Assembly (NCBI GenBank): GCA_964016885.1
Contig: CAXHJY010000132.1
Location: forward strand, 125,001-189,000
Origin: Eledone cirrhosa
Lineage: Eukaryota
DNA: 64,000 nucleotides
Direction: 5' to 3'
Below are positions 1-11,400 of the stretch, piece after piece. How positions within the stretch are numbered: the first letter of the stretch is position 1; each line of letters opens with the position of its first letter. A program made the translations under genes and the position numbers. The notes under the pieces are model-generated. The model had not been told where the DNA came from. It did not search any database and saw only the letters and a list, made by a program, of their open reading frames with translations.

Positions 1-3000
1 TTCGTTCTTCACCAAGCTATCTTTCTCTATCTTGTCTTCCCTCAAAACTCCGTTCTTCATCAAGCTATCGTTCTCTACTTTGTCTTCCCTCGAAACGTCG
101 TTCGTCACCAAGCTATCTTTCTCTACCTTGTCTTCCCTCAAAACTTCGTTCTTCACCAAGCTATCTTTCTCTATCTTGTCTTCCCTCAAAACTCCGTTCT
201 TCATCAAGCTATCTTTCTCTACCTTGTCTTCCCCCAAAACTTCGTTCTTCACAAGCTATCCTTCTCTACCTTGTCTTCCCTCAAAACTTCGTTCTTCACT
301 AAGCTATCTTTCTCTACCTTGTCTTCCCTCAAAACTTCGTTCTTGATCAAGCTATCTTTCTATACCTTGTCTTCCATCAAAACTTCGTTCTTCACCAAGC
401 TATCTTTCTCTACCTTGTCTTCCCTCAAACCTTCGTTCTTCACCAAGCTATCTTTCTCTATCTTGTCTTCCCTCAAAACTCCGTTCTTCATCAAGCTATC
501 GTTCTCTACTTTGTCTTCCCTCAAAACGTCGTTCTTCACCAAGCTATCTTTCTCTACCTTGTCTTCCCTCAAAACTTCGTTCGTTCTTCACCAAGCTATC
601 TTTCTTCTCAAGCTATCCTTCTCTACTTTGTCTTCCCTCAAAACCTCGTTCTTCACCAAGCTATCTTTCTCTACCTTGTCTTCCCTCAACACTTCGTTCG
701 TCCTTCACCAAGCTATCTTTCTCTACCTTGTCTTCCCCCAAAACTACGTTCTTCACAAGCTATCTTTCTCTACCTTGTCTTCCCCCAAAACTTCGTTCTT
801 CACAAGCTATCCTTCTCTACCTTGTCTTCCCTCAAAACTTCGTTCTTGATCAAGCTACATTTCTATACCTTGTCTTCCATCAAAACTTCGTTCTTCACCA
901 AGCTATCTTTCTCTACCTTGTCTTCCCTCAAAACTTCGTTCTTCACCAAGCTATCTTTCTCTATCTTGTCTTCCCTCAAAACTCCGTTCTACATCAAGCT
1001 ATCTTTCTCTACCTTGTCTTCCCTCAAAACTTCGTTCTTCACCAAGCTATCTTTCTCTACCTTGTCTTCCCTCAAAACTTCGTTCTTCACCAAGCTATCT
1101 TTCTCTACCTTGTCTTCCCTCAAAACTTCGTTCTTCACCAAGCTAACTTTCTCTACCTTGTCTTCCCTCAAAACTTCGTTCTTCATCAAGCTATCTTTCT
1201 CTACCTTGTCTTCCCTCAAAACTTCGTTCTTCACCAAGCTATCTTTCTCTACCTTGTCTTCTCTCAAAACTTCGTTCTTCACCAAGCTATATTTCTCTAC
1301 CTTTTTTCCCCCCAAAACTTCGTTCTTCACCAAACTATCTTTCTCTACCTTGTCTTCCCTCAAAACTCCGTTCTTCATCAAGCTATCGTTCTCTACTTTG
1401 TCTTTCCTCAAAACGTCGTTCTTCACCTAGCTATCTTTCTCTACCTTGTCTTCCCTCAAAACGTCGTTCGTTCTTCACCAAGCTATCTTTCTCTACCTTG
1501 TCTTCCCCCAAAACTTCGTTCTTCACAAGCTATCCTTCTCTACCTTGTCTTCCCTCAAAACTTCGTTCTTGATCAAGCTATCTTTCTCTACCTTGTCTTC
1601 CCTCAAAACTTTGTTCTTCACCAAGCTATCTTTCTCTACCTTGTCTTCCCTCAAAACTTCGTTCTTCACCAAGCTATCTTTCTCTACCTTGTCTTCCCTC
1701 AAAACTTCGTTCTTCACCAAGCTATCTTTCTCTACCTTGTCGTCCCCCAAAACATCGTTCTTCACCAAGCTATCTTTCTTTACCTTGTCTTCCCTCAAAA
1801 CTTCGTTATTCACCAAGCTATCTTTCTCTACCTTGTCTTCCCACAAAACTTCGTTCTTCATCAAGCTATCTTTCTCTACCTTGTCTTCCCTCAAGACTTC
1901 GTTCGTCACCAAGCTATCTTTCTCTACATTGTCTTCCCCCAAAACTTCGTTCTTCACCAAGCTATCTTTCTCTATCTTGTCTTCCCTCAAAACTCCGTTC
2001 TTCATCAAGCTATCGTTCTCTACTTTGTCTTCCCTCGAAACGTCGTTCGTCACCAAGCTATCTTTCTCTACCTTGTCTTCCCTCAAAACTTCGTTCGTTC
2101 TTCACCAAGCTATCTTTCTCTACCTTGTCTTCCCCCAAAACTTCGTTCTTCACAAGCTATCCTTCTCTACCTTGTCTTCCCTCAACACTTCGTTCTTCAC
2201 CAAGCTATCTTTCTCTACCTTGTCTTCCCTCAAAACTTCGTTCTTCACCAAGCTATCTTTCCCTACCTTTTTTCCCCCCAAAACTCCGTTCTTCACCAAA
2301 CTATCTTTCTCTACCTTGTCTTTCCTCAAAACTTCGTTCTTCACCAAGCTATCTTTCTCTATCTTGTCTTCCCTCAAAACTCCGTTCTTCATCAAGCTAT
2401 CGTTCTCTACTTTGTCTTCCCTCGAAACGTCGTTCTTCACCAAGCTATCTTTCTCTACCTTGTCTTCCCTCAAAACTTCGTTCGTTCTTCACCAAGCTAT
2501 CTTTCTCTACCTTGTCTTCCCCCAAAACTTCGTTCTTCACAAGCTATCCTTCTCTACCTTGTCTTCCCTCAAAACTTCGTTCTTCACCAAGCTATCTTTC
2601 TCTACCTTGTCTTCCCTCAAAACTTCGTTCTTGATCAAGCTATCTTTCTATTCCTTGTCTTCCCTCAAAACTTCGTTCTTCACCAAGCTATCTTTCTCTA
2701 CTTTGTCTTCCCTCAAAACATCGTTCGTTCTTCATCAAGCTATCTTTCTCTACCTTGTCTTCCCTCAAGACTTCGTTCGTCACCAAGCTATCTTTCTCTA
2801 CATTGTCTTCCCCCAAAACTTCGTTCTTCATCAAGCTATCTTTCTCTACCTTGTCTTCCCTCAAAACGTCGTTCTTCACCAAGCTATCTTTCTCTACCTT
2901 GTCTTCCCACAAAACGTCGTTCTTCACCAAGCTATCTTTCCCTACCTTGTCTTCCCTCAAAACGTCGTTCTTCACCAAGCTATCTTTCTCTCACCCATTC

Positions 3001-5485
3001 TTCTCTCAAAACTTCGTTCTTCACCAAGCTCTCTTTCTCTACCTTGTCTTCCCTCAAAACTTCGTTCTTCACCAGGCTATCTTTCTCAACCCTGTCTTCC
3101 CCCAAAACTTCGTTCCTCACCAAGCTATCTTTCTCTACCTTGTCTTCCCTCAAAACTTCGTTCTTCACCAAGCTATCTTTCTCTACCTTTTTTTCCCCCA
3201 AAACTCCGTTCTTCACCAAACTATCTTTCTCTACCTTGTCTTCCCTCAAAACTTCGTTCTTCACCAAGCTATCTTTCTCTATCTTGTCTTCCCTCAAAAC
3301 TCCGTTCTTCATCAAGCTATCGTTCTCTACTTTGTCTTCCCTCGAAACGTCGTTCGTCACCAAGCTATCTTTCTCTACCTTGTCTTCCCTCAAAACTTCG
3401 TTCTTCACCAAGCTATCTTTCTCTATCTTGTCTTCCCTCAAAACTCCGTTCTTCATCAAGCTATCTTTCTCTACCTTGTCTTCCCCCAAAACTTCGTTCT
3501 TCACAAGCTATCCTTCTCTACCTTGTCTTCCCTCAAAACTTCGTTCTTCACTAAGCTATCTTTCTCTACCTTGTCTTCCCTCAAAACTTCGTTCTTGATC
3601 AAGCTATCTTTCTATACCTTGTCTTCCATCAAAACTTCGTTCTTCACCAAGCTATCTTTCTCTACCTTGTCTTCCCTCAAACCTTCGTTCTTCACCAAGC
3701 TATCTTTCTCTATCTTGTCTTCCCTCAAAACTCCGTTCTTCATCAAGCTATCGTTCTCTACTTTGTCTTCCCTCAAAACGTCGTTCTTCACCAAGCTATC
3801 TTTCTCTACCTTGTCTTCCCTCAAAACTTCGTTCGTTCTTCACCAAGCTATCTTTCTTCTCAAGCTATCCTTCTCTACTTTGTCTTCCCTCAAAACCTCG
3901 TTCTTCACCAAGCTATCTTTCTCTACCTTGTCTTCCCTCAACACTTCGTTCGTTCTTCACCAAGCTATCTTTCTCTACCTTGTCTTCCCCCAAAACTACG
4001 TTCTTCACAAGCTATCTTTCTCTACCTTGTCTTCCCCCAAAACTTCGTTCTTCACAAGCTTTCCTTCTCTACCTTGTCTTCCCTCAAAACTTCGTTCTTC
4101 ACTAAGCTATCTTTCTCTACCTTGTCTTCCCTCAAAACTTCGTTCTTGATCAAGCTATATTTCTATACCTTGTCTTCCATCAAAACTTCGTTCTTCACCA
4201 AGCTATCTTTCTCTACCTTGTCTTCCCTCAAAACTTCGTTCTTCACCAAGCTATCTTTCTCTATCTTGTCTTCCCTCAAAACTCCGTTCTACATCAAGCT
4301 ATCTTTCTCTACCTTGTCTTCCCTCAAAACTTCGTTCTTCACCAAGCTATCTTTCTCTACCTTGTCTTCCCTCAAAACTTCGTTCTTCACCAAGCTATCT
4401 TTCTCTACCTTGTCTTCCCTCAAAACTTCGTTCTTCACCAAGCTAACTTTCTCTACCTTGTCTTCCCTCAAAACTTCGTTCTTCATCAAGCTATCTTTCT
4501 CTACCTTGTCTTCCCTCAAAACTTCGTTCTTCACCAAGCTATCTTTCTCTACCTTGTCTTCTCTCAAAACTTCGTTCTTCACCAAGCTATATTTCTCTAC
4601 CTTTTTTCCCCCCAAAACTTCGTTCTTCACCAAACTATCTTTCTCTACCTTGTCTTCCCTCAAAACTCCGTTCTTCATCAAGCTATCGTTCTCTACTTTG
4701 TCTTTCCTCAAAACGTCGTTCTTCACCTAGCTATCTTTCTCTACCTTGTCTTCCCTCAAAACGTCGTTCGTTCTTCACCAAGCTATCTTTCTCTACCTTG
4801 TCTTCCCCCAAAACTTCGTTCTTCACAAGCTATCCTTCTCTACCTTGTCTTCCCTCAAAACTTCGTTCTTGATCAAGCTATCTTTCTCTACATTGTCTTC
4901 CCTCAAAACTTTGTTCTTCACCAAGCTATCTTTCTCTACCTTGTCTTCCCTCAAAACTTCGTTCTTCACCAAGCTATCTTTCTCTACCTTGTCTTCCCTC
5001 AAAACTTCGTTCTTCACCAAGCTATCTTTCTCTACCTTGTCGTCCCCCAAAACATCGTTCTTCACCAAGCTATCTTTCTTTACCTTGTCTTCCCTCAAAA
5101 CTTCGTTATTCACCAAGCTATCTTTCTCTACCTTGTCTTCCCACAAAACTTCGTTCTTCATCAAGCTATCTTTCTCTACCTTGTCTTCCCTCAAGACTTC
5201 GTTCGTCACCAAGCTATCTTTCTCTACATTGTCTTCCCCCAAAACTTCGTTCTTCACCAAGCTATCTTTCTCTATCTTGTCTTCTCTCAAAACTCCGTTC
5301 TTCATCAAGCTATCGTTCTCTACTTTGTCTTCCCTCGAAACGTCGTTCGTCACCAAGCTATCTTTCTCTACCTTGTCTTCCCTCAAAACTTCGTTCGTTC
5401 TTCACCAAGCTATCTTTCTCTACCTTGTCTTCCCCCAAAACTTCGTTCTTCACAAGCTATCCTTCTCTACCTTGTCTTCCCTCAA
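1..5485. repeat. Higher-order duplication, offset 3252/3300 bp (1-~2185 repeated at 3253-~5485)
   Basis: A unique 17-bp truncated monomer occurs at 593-609 and 3845-3861 (offset 3252). Identical ORFs are at 360/3612 (3252) and 989/4289 (3300, after one extra monomer near 4080-4130). The copies diverge at about 2186/5486. Confidence 0.93.
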
Positions 5486-8469
5486 AACTTCGTTCTTGAT
5501 CAAGCTATCTTTCTCTACCTTGTCTTCCCTCAAAACGTCGTTCTTGATCAAGCTATCTTTCTATACCTTGTCTTCCATCAAAACTTCGTTCTTCACCAAG
5601 CTATCTTTCTCTACCTTGTCTTCCCTCAAAACTTCGTTCTTCACCAAGCTATCTTTCTCTATCTTGTCTTCCCTCAAAACTCCGTTCTTCATCAAGCTAT
5701 CGTTCTCTACTTTGTCTTCCCTCAAAACGTCGTTCTTCACCAAGCTATCTTTCTCTACCTTGTCTTCCCTCAACACTTCGTTCGTTCTTCACCAAGCTAT
5801 CTTTCTCTACCTTGTCTTCCCCCAAAACTACGTTCTTCACGAGCTATCTTTCTCTACCTTGTCTTCCCTCAAAACTTCGTTCTTCACCAAGCTATCTTTC
5901 TCTACCTTGTCTTCCCTCAAAACTTCGTTCTTCATCAAGCTATCTTTCTCTACCTTGTCTTCCCTCAAAACTTCGTTCTTCACCAAGCTATCTTTCTCTA
6001 CCTTGTCTTCCCTCAAAACTTCGTTCTTCACCAAGCTATCTTTCTCTACCTTTTTTCCCCCCAAAACTTCGTTCTTCACCAAACTATCTTTCTCTACCTT
6101 GTCTTCCCTCAAAACTCCGTTCTTCATCAAGCTATCGTTCTCTACTTTGTCTTCCCTCAAAACGTCGTTCTTCACCTAGCTATCTTTCTCTACCTTGTCT
6201 TCCCTCAAAACGTCGTTCGTTCTTCACCAAGCTATCTTTCTCTACCTTGTCTTCCCCCAAAACTTCGTTCTTCACAAGCTATCCTTCTCTACCTTGTCTT
6301 CCCTCAAAACTTCGTTCTTGATCAAGCTATCTTTCTCTACCATGTCTTCCCTCAAAACTTCGTTCTTCACCAAGCTATCTTTCTCTACCTTGTCTTCCCT
6401 CAAAACTTCGTTCTTCACCAAGCTATCTTTCTCTACCTTGTCGTCCCCCAAAACATCGTTCTTCACCAAGCTATCTTTCTTTACCTTGTCTTCCCTCAAA
6501 ACTTCGTTATTCACCAAGCTATCTTTCTCTACCTTGTCTTCCCTCAACACTTCGTTCTTCACCAAGCTATCTTTCTCTACCTTGTCTTCCCTCAAAACTT
6601 CGTTCTTCACCAAGCTATCTTTCTCTACCTTGTCTTCCCCCAGAACATCGTTCTTCACCAAGCTATCTTTCTCTACCTTGTCTTCCATCAAAACTTCGTT
6701 ATTCACCAAGCTATCTTTCTCTACCTTGCCTTCCTGCAAAACTTCGTTCTTCATCAAGCTATCTTTCTCTACTTTGTCTTCCCTCAAAACATCGTTCGTT
6801 CTTCATCAAGCTATCTTTCTCTAACCTTGTCTTCCCTCAAGACTTCGTTCGTCACCAAGCTATCTTTCTCTACATTGTCTTCCCCCAAAACTTCGTTCTT
6901 CATCAAGCTATCTTTCTCTACCTTGTCTTCCCTCAAAACGTCGTTCTTCACCAAGCTATCTTTCTCTACCTTGTCTTCCCACAAAACTTCGTTCTTCATC
7001 AAGCTATCTTTCTCTACCTTGTCTTCCCTCAAAACGTCGTTCTTGACCAAGCTATCTTTCTCTACCTTGTCTTCCCCCAAAACTTCGTTCTTCACCAAGC
7101 TATCTTTCTCTACCTTGTCTACCCCCAAAACTTCGTTCTTCACCAAGCTATCTTTCGCTACCTTGTCTTCCCTCAAAACGTCGTTCTTCACCAAGCTATC
7201 TTTCTCTACCCATTCTTCTCTTAAAACTTCGTTCTTCACCAAGCTATCTTTCTCTACCTTGTCTTCCCTCAAAACTTCGTTCTTGATCAAGCTATCTTTC
7301 TATACCTTGTCTTCCATCAAAACTTCGTTCTTCACCAAGCTATCTTTCTCTACCTTGTCTTCCCTCAAAACTTCGTTCTTCACCAAGCTATCTTTCTCTA
7401 TCTTGTCTTCCCTCAAAACTCCGTTCTTCATCAAGCTATCGTTCTCTACTTTGTCTTCCCTCAAAACGTCGTTCTTCACCAAGCTATCTTTCTCTACCTT
7501 GTCTTCCCTCAAAACTTCGTTCGTTCTTCACCAAGCTATCTTTCTCTACCTTGTCTTCCCTCAAAACTTCGTTATTCACCAAGCTATCTTTCTCTACCTT
7601 GTCTTCCCTCAAAACTTCGTTCTTCACCAAGCTATCTTTCTCTACCTTGTCTTCCCTCAAAACTTCGTTCTTCACCAAGCTATCTTTCTCTACCTTGTCT
7701 TCCCCCAGAACATCGTTCTTCACCAAGCTATCTTTCTCTACCTTGTCTTCCCTCAAAACTTCGTTATTCACCAAGCTATCTTTCTCTACCTTGCCTTCCT
7801 GCAAAACTTCGTTCTTCATCAAGCTATCTTTCTCTACTTTGTCTTCCCTCAAAACATCGTTCGTTCTTCATCAAGCTATCTTTCTCTACCTTGTCTTCCC
7901 TCAAGACTTCGTTCGTCACCAAGCTATCTTTCTCTACATTGTCTTCCCCCAAAACTTCGTTCTTCATCAAGCTATCTTTCTCTACCTTGTCTTCCCTCAA
8001 AACGTCGTTCTTAACCAAGCTATCTTTCTCTACCTTGTCTTCCCACAAAACTTCGTTCTTCATCAAGCTATCTTTCTCTACCTTGTCTTCCCCCAAAACT
8101 TCGTTCTTCACCAAGCTATCTTTCTCTACCTTGTCTACCCCAAAAACTTCGTTCTTCACCAAGCTATCTTTCTCTACCCTGTCTTCCCCCAAAACTTCGT
8201 TCCTCACCAAGCTATCTTTCTCTACCTTGTCTTCCCTCAAAACTTCGTTCTTCACCAAGCTATCTTTCTCTACCTTGTCTTCCCTCAAAATTTCGTTCTT
8301 CACCAAGCTATCTTTCTCTACCTTGTCTTCCCTCAAAACTTCGTTCTTCACCAAGCTATCTGTCCCTACCTTTTTTTCCCCCAAAACTCCGTTCTTCACC
8401 AAACTATCTTTCTCTACCTTGTCTTTCCTCAAAACTTCGTTCTTCACCAAGCTATCTTTCTCTATCTTG

Positions 8470-11400
8470 TCTTCCCTCAAAACTTCGTTCGTTCTTCACC
8501 AAGCTATCTTTCTCTACCTTGTCTTCCCCCAAAACTTCGTTCTTCACAAGCTATCCTTCTCTACCTTGTCTTCCCTCAAAACTTCGTTCTTCACCAAGCT
8601 ATCTTTCTCTACCTTGTCTTCCCTCAAAACTTCGTTCTTGATCAAGCTATCTTTCTATTCCTTGTCTTCCCTCAAAACTTCGTTCTTCCCCAAGCTATCT
8701 TTCTCTACTTTGTCTTCCCTCAAAACATCGTTCGTTCTTCATCAAGCTATCTTTCTCTATCTTGTCTTCCCTCAAGACTTCGTTCGTCACCAAGCTATCT
8801 TTCTCTACATTGTCTTCCCCCAAAACTTCGTTCTTCATCAAGCTATCTTTCTCTACCTTGTCTTCCCACAAAACGTCGTTCTTCACCAAGCTATCTTTCC
8901 CTACCTTGTCTTCCCTCAAAACGTCGTTCTTCACCAAGCTATCTTTCTCTACCCATTCTTCTCTCAAAACTTCGTTCTTCACCAAGCTCTCTTTCTCTAC
9001 CTTGTCTTCCCTCAAAACTTCGTTCTTCACCAGGCTATCTTTCTCAACCCTGTCTTCCCCCAAAACATCGTTCCTCACCAAGCTATCTTTCTCTACCTTG
9101 TCTTCCCTCAAAACTTCGTTCTTCACCAAGTTATCTTTCTCTACCTTTTTTTCCCCCAAAACTCCGTTCTTCACCAAACTATCTTTCTCTACCTTGTCTT
9201 CCCTCAAAACTTCGTTCTTCACCAAGCTATCTTTCTCTATCTTGTCTTCCCTCAAAACTCCGTTCTTCATCAAGCTATCGTTCTCTACTTTGTCTTCCCT
9301 CGAAACGTCGTTCGTCACCAAGCTATCTTTCTCTACCTTGTCTTCCCTCAAAACTTCGTTCGTTCTTCACCAAGCTATCTTTCTCTAACTTGTCTTCCCC
9401 CAAAACTTCGTTCTTCACAAGCTATCCTTCTCAACCTTGTCTTCCCTCAAAACTTCGTTCTTCACCAAGCTATCTTTCTCTACCTTGTCTTCCCTCAAAA
9501 CTTCGTTCTTGATCAAGCTATCTTTCTATACCTTGTCTTCCATCAAAACTTCGTTCTTCACCAAGCTATCTTTCTCTACCTTGTCTTCCCTCAAAACTTC
9601 GTTCTTCACCAAGCTATCTTTCTGTATCTTGTCTTCCCTCAAAACTCCGTTCTTCATCAAGCTATCGTTCTCTACTTTGTCTTCCCTCAAAACGTCGTTC
9701 TTCACCAAGCTATCTTTCTCTACCTTGTCTTCCCTCAAAACTTCGTTCGTTCTTCACCAAGCTATCTTTCTCTACCTTGTCTTCCCTCAAAACTTCGTTA
9801 TTCACCAAGCTATCTTTCTCTACCTTGTCTCCCCTCAAAACTTCGTTCTTCACCAAGCTATCTTTCTCTACCTTGTCTTCCCTCAAAACTTCGTTCTTCA
9901 CCAAGCTATCTTTCTCTACCTTGTCTTCCCCCAGAACATCGTTCTTCACCAAGCTATCTTTCTCTACCTTGTCTTCCCTCAAAACTTCGTTATTCACCAA
10001 GCTATCTTTCTCTACCTTGCCTTCCTGCAAAACTTCGTTCTTCATCAAGCTATCTTTCTCTACTTTGTCTTCCCTCAAAACATCGTTCGTTCTTCATCAA
10101 GCTATCTTTCTCTACCTTGTCTTCCCTCAAGACTTCGTTCGTCACCAAGCTATCTTTCTCTACATTGTCTTCCCCCAAAACTTCGTTCTTCATCAAGCTA
10201 TCTTTCTCTACCTTGTCTTCCCTCAAAACGTCGTTCTTAACCAAGCTATCTTTCTCTACCTTGTCTTCCCACAAAACTTCGTTCTTCATCAAGCTATCTT
10301 TCTCTACCTTGTCTTCCCTCAAAACGTCGTTCTTCACCAAGCTATCTTTCTCTACCTTGTCTTCCCCCAAAACTTCGTTCTTCACCAAGCTATCTTTCTC
10401 TACCTTGTCTACCCCCAAAACTTCGTTCTTCACCAAGCTATCTTTCGCTACCTTGTCTTCCCTCAAAACGTCGTTCTTCACCAAGCTATCTTTCTCTACC
10501 CATTCTTCTCTTAAAACTTCGTTCTTCACCAAGCTATCTTTCTCTACCTTGTCTTCCCTCAAAACTTCGTTCTTGATCAAGCTATCTTTCTATACCTTGT
10601 CTTCCATCAAAACTTCGTTCTTCACCAAGCTATCTTTCTCTACCTTGTCTTCCCTCAAAACGTCGTTCTTCACCAAGCTATCTTTCTCTACCTTGTCTTC
10701 CCTCAAAACTTCGTTCGTTCTTCACCAAGCTATCTTTCTCTACCTTGTCTTCCCTCAAAACTTCGTTATTCACCAAGCTATCTTTCTCTACCTTGTCTTC
10801 CCTCAAAACTTCGTTCTTCACCAAGCTATCTTTCTCTACCTTGTCTTCCCTCAAAACTTCGTTCTTCACCAAGCTATCTTTCTCTACCTTGTCTTCCCCC
10901 AGAACATCGTTCTTCACCAAGCTATCTTTCTCTACCTTGTCTTCCCTCAAAACTTCGTTATTCACCAAGCTATCTTTCTCTACCTTGCCTTCCTGCAAAA
11001 CTTCGTTCTTCATCAAGCTATCTTTCTCTACCTTGTCTTCCCTCAAGACTTCGTTCGTCACCAAGCTATCTTTCTCTACATTGTCTTCCCCCAAAACTTC
11101 GTTCTTCATCAAGCTATCTTTCTCTACCTTGTCTTCCCTCAAAACGTCGTTCTTAACCAAGCTATCTTTCTCTACCTTGTCTTCCCACAAAACTTCGTTC
11201 TTCATCAAGCTATCTTTCTCTACCTTGTCTTCCCTCAAAACGTCGTTCTTCACCAAGATATCTTTCTCTACCGTGTCTTCCCCCAAAACTTCGTTCTTCA
11301 CCAAGCTATCTTTCTCTACCTTGTCTACCCCCAAAACTTCGTTCTTCACCAAGCTATCTTTCTCTACCCTGTCTTCCCCCAAAACTTCGTTCCTCACCAA

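Noticed and set aside
144-160. CENP-B box-like CTTCGTT
   Set aside because: Only the TTCG part and one C match NTTCGNNNNANNCGGGN. The essential A and GGG are absent.
1462-1535. Rescue of the minus-strand frame by stop-codon reassignment, programmed frameshifting or tiny introns (AAG/GTAGAG...ATAG)
   Set aside because: It would require TGA and TAG readthrough plus correction of many unpaired +4 and -1 indels. There is no branch point or polypyrimidine tract on that strand, and most HOR lengths are not multiples of 3.
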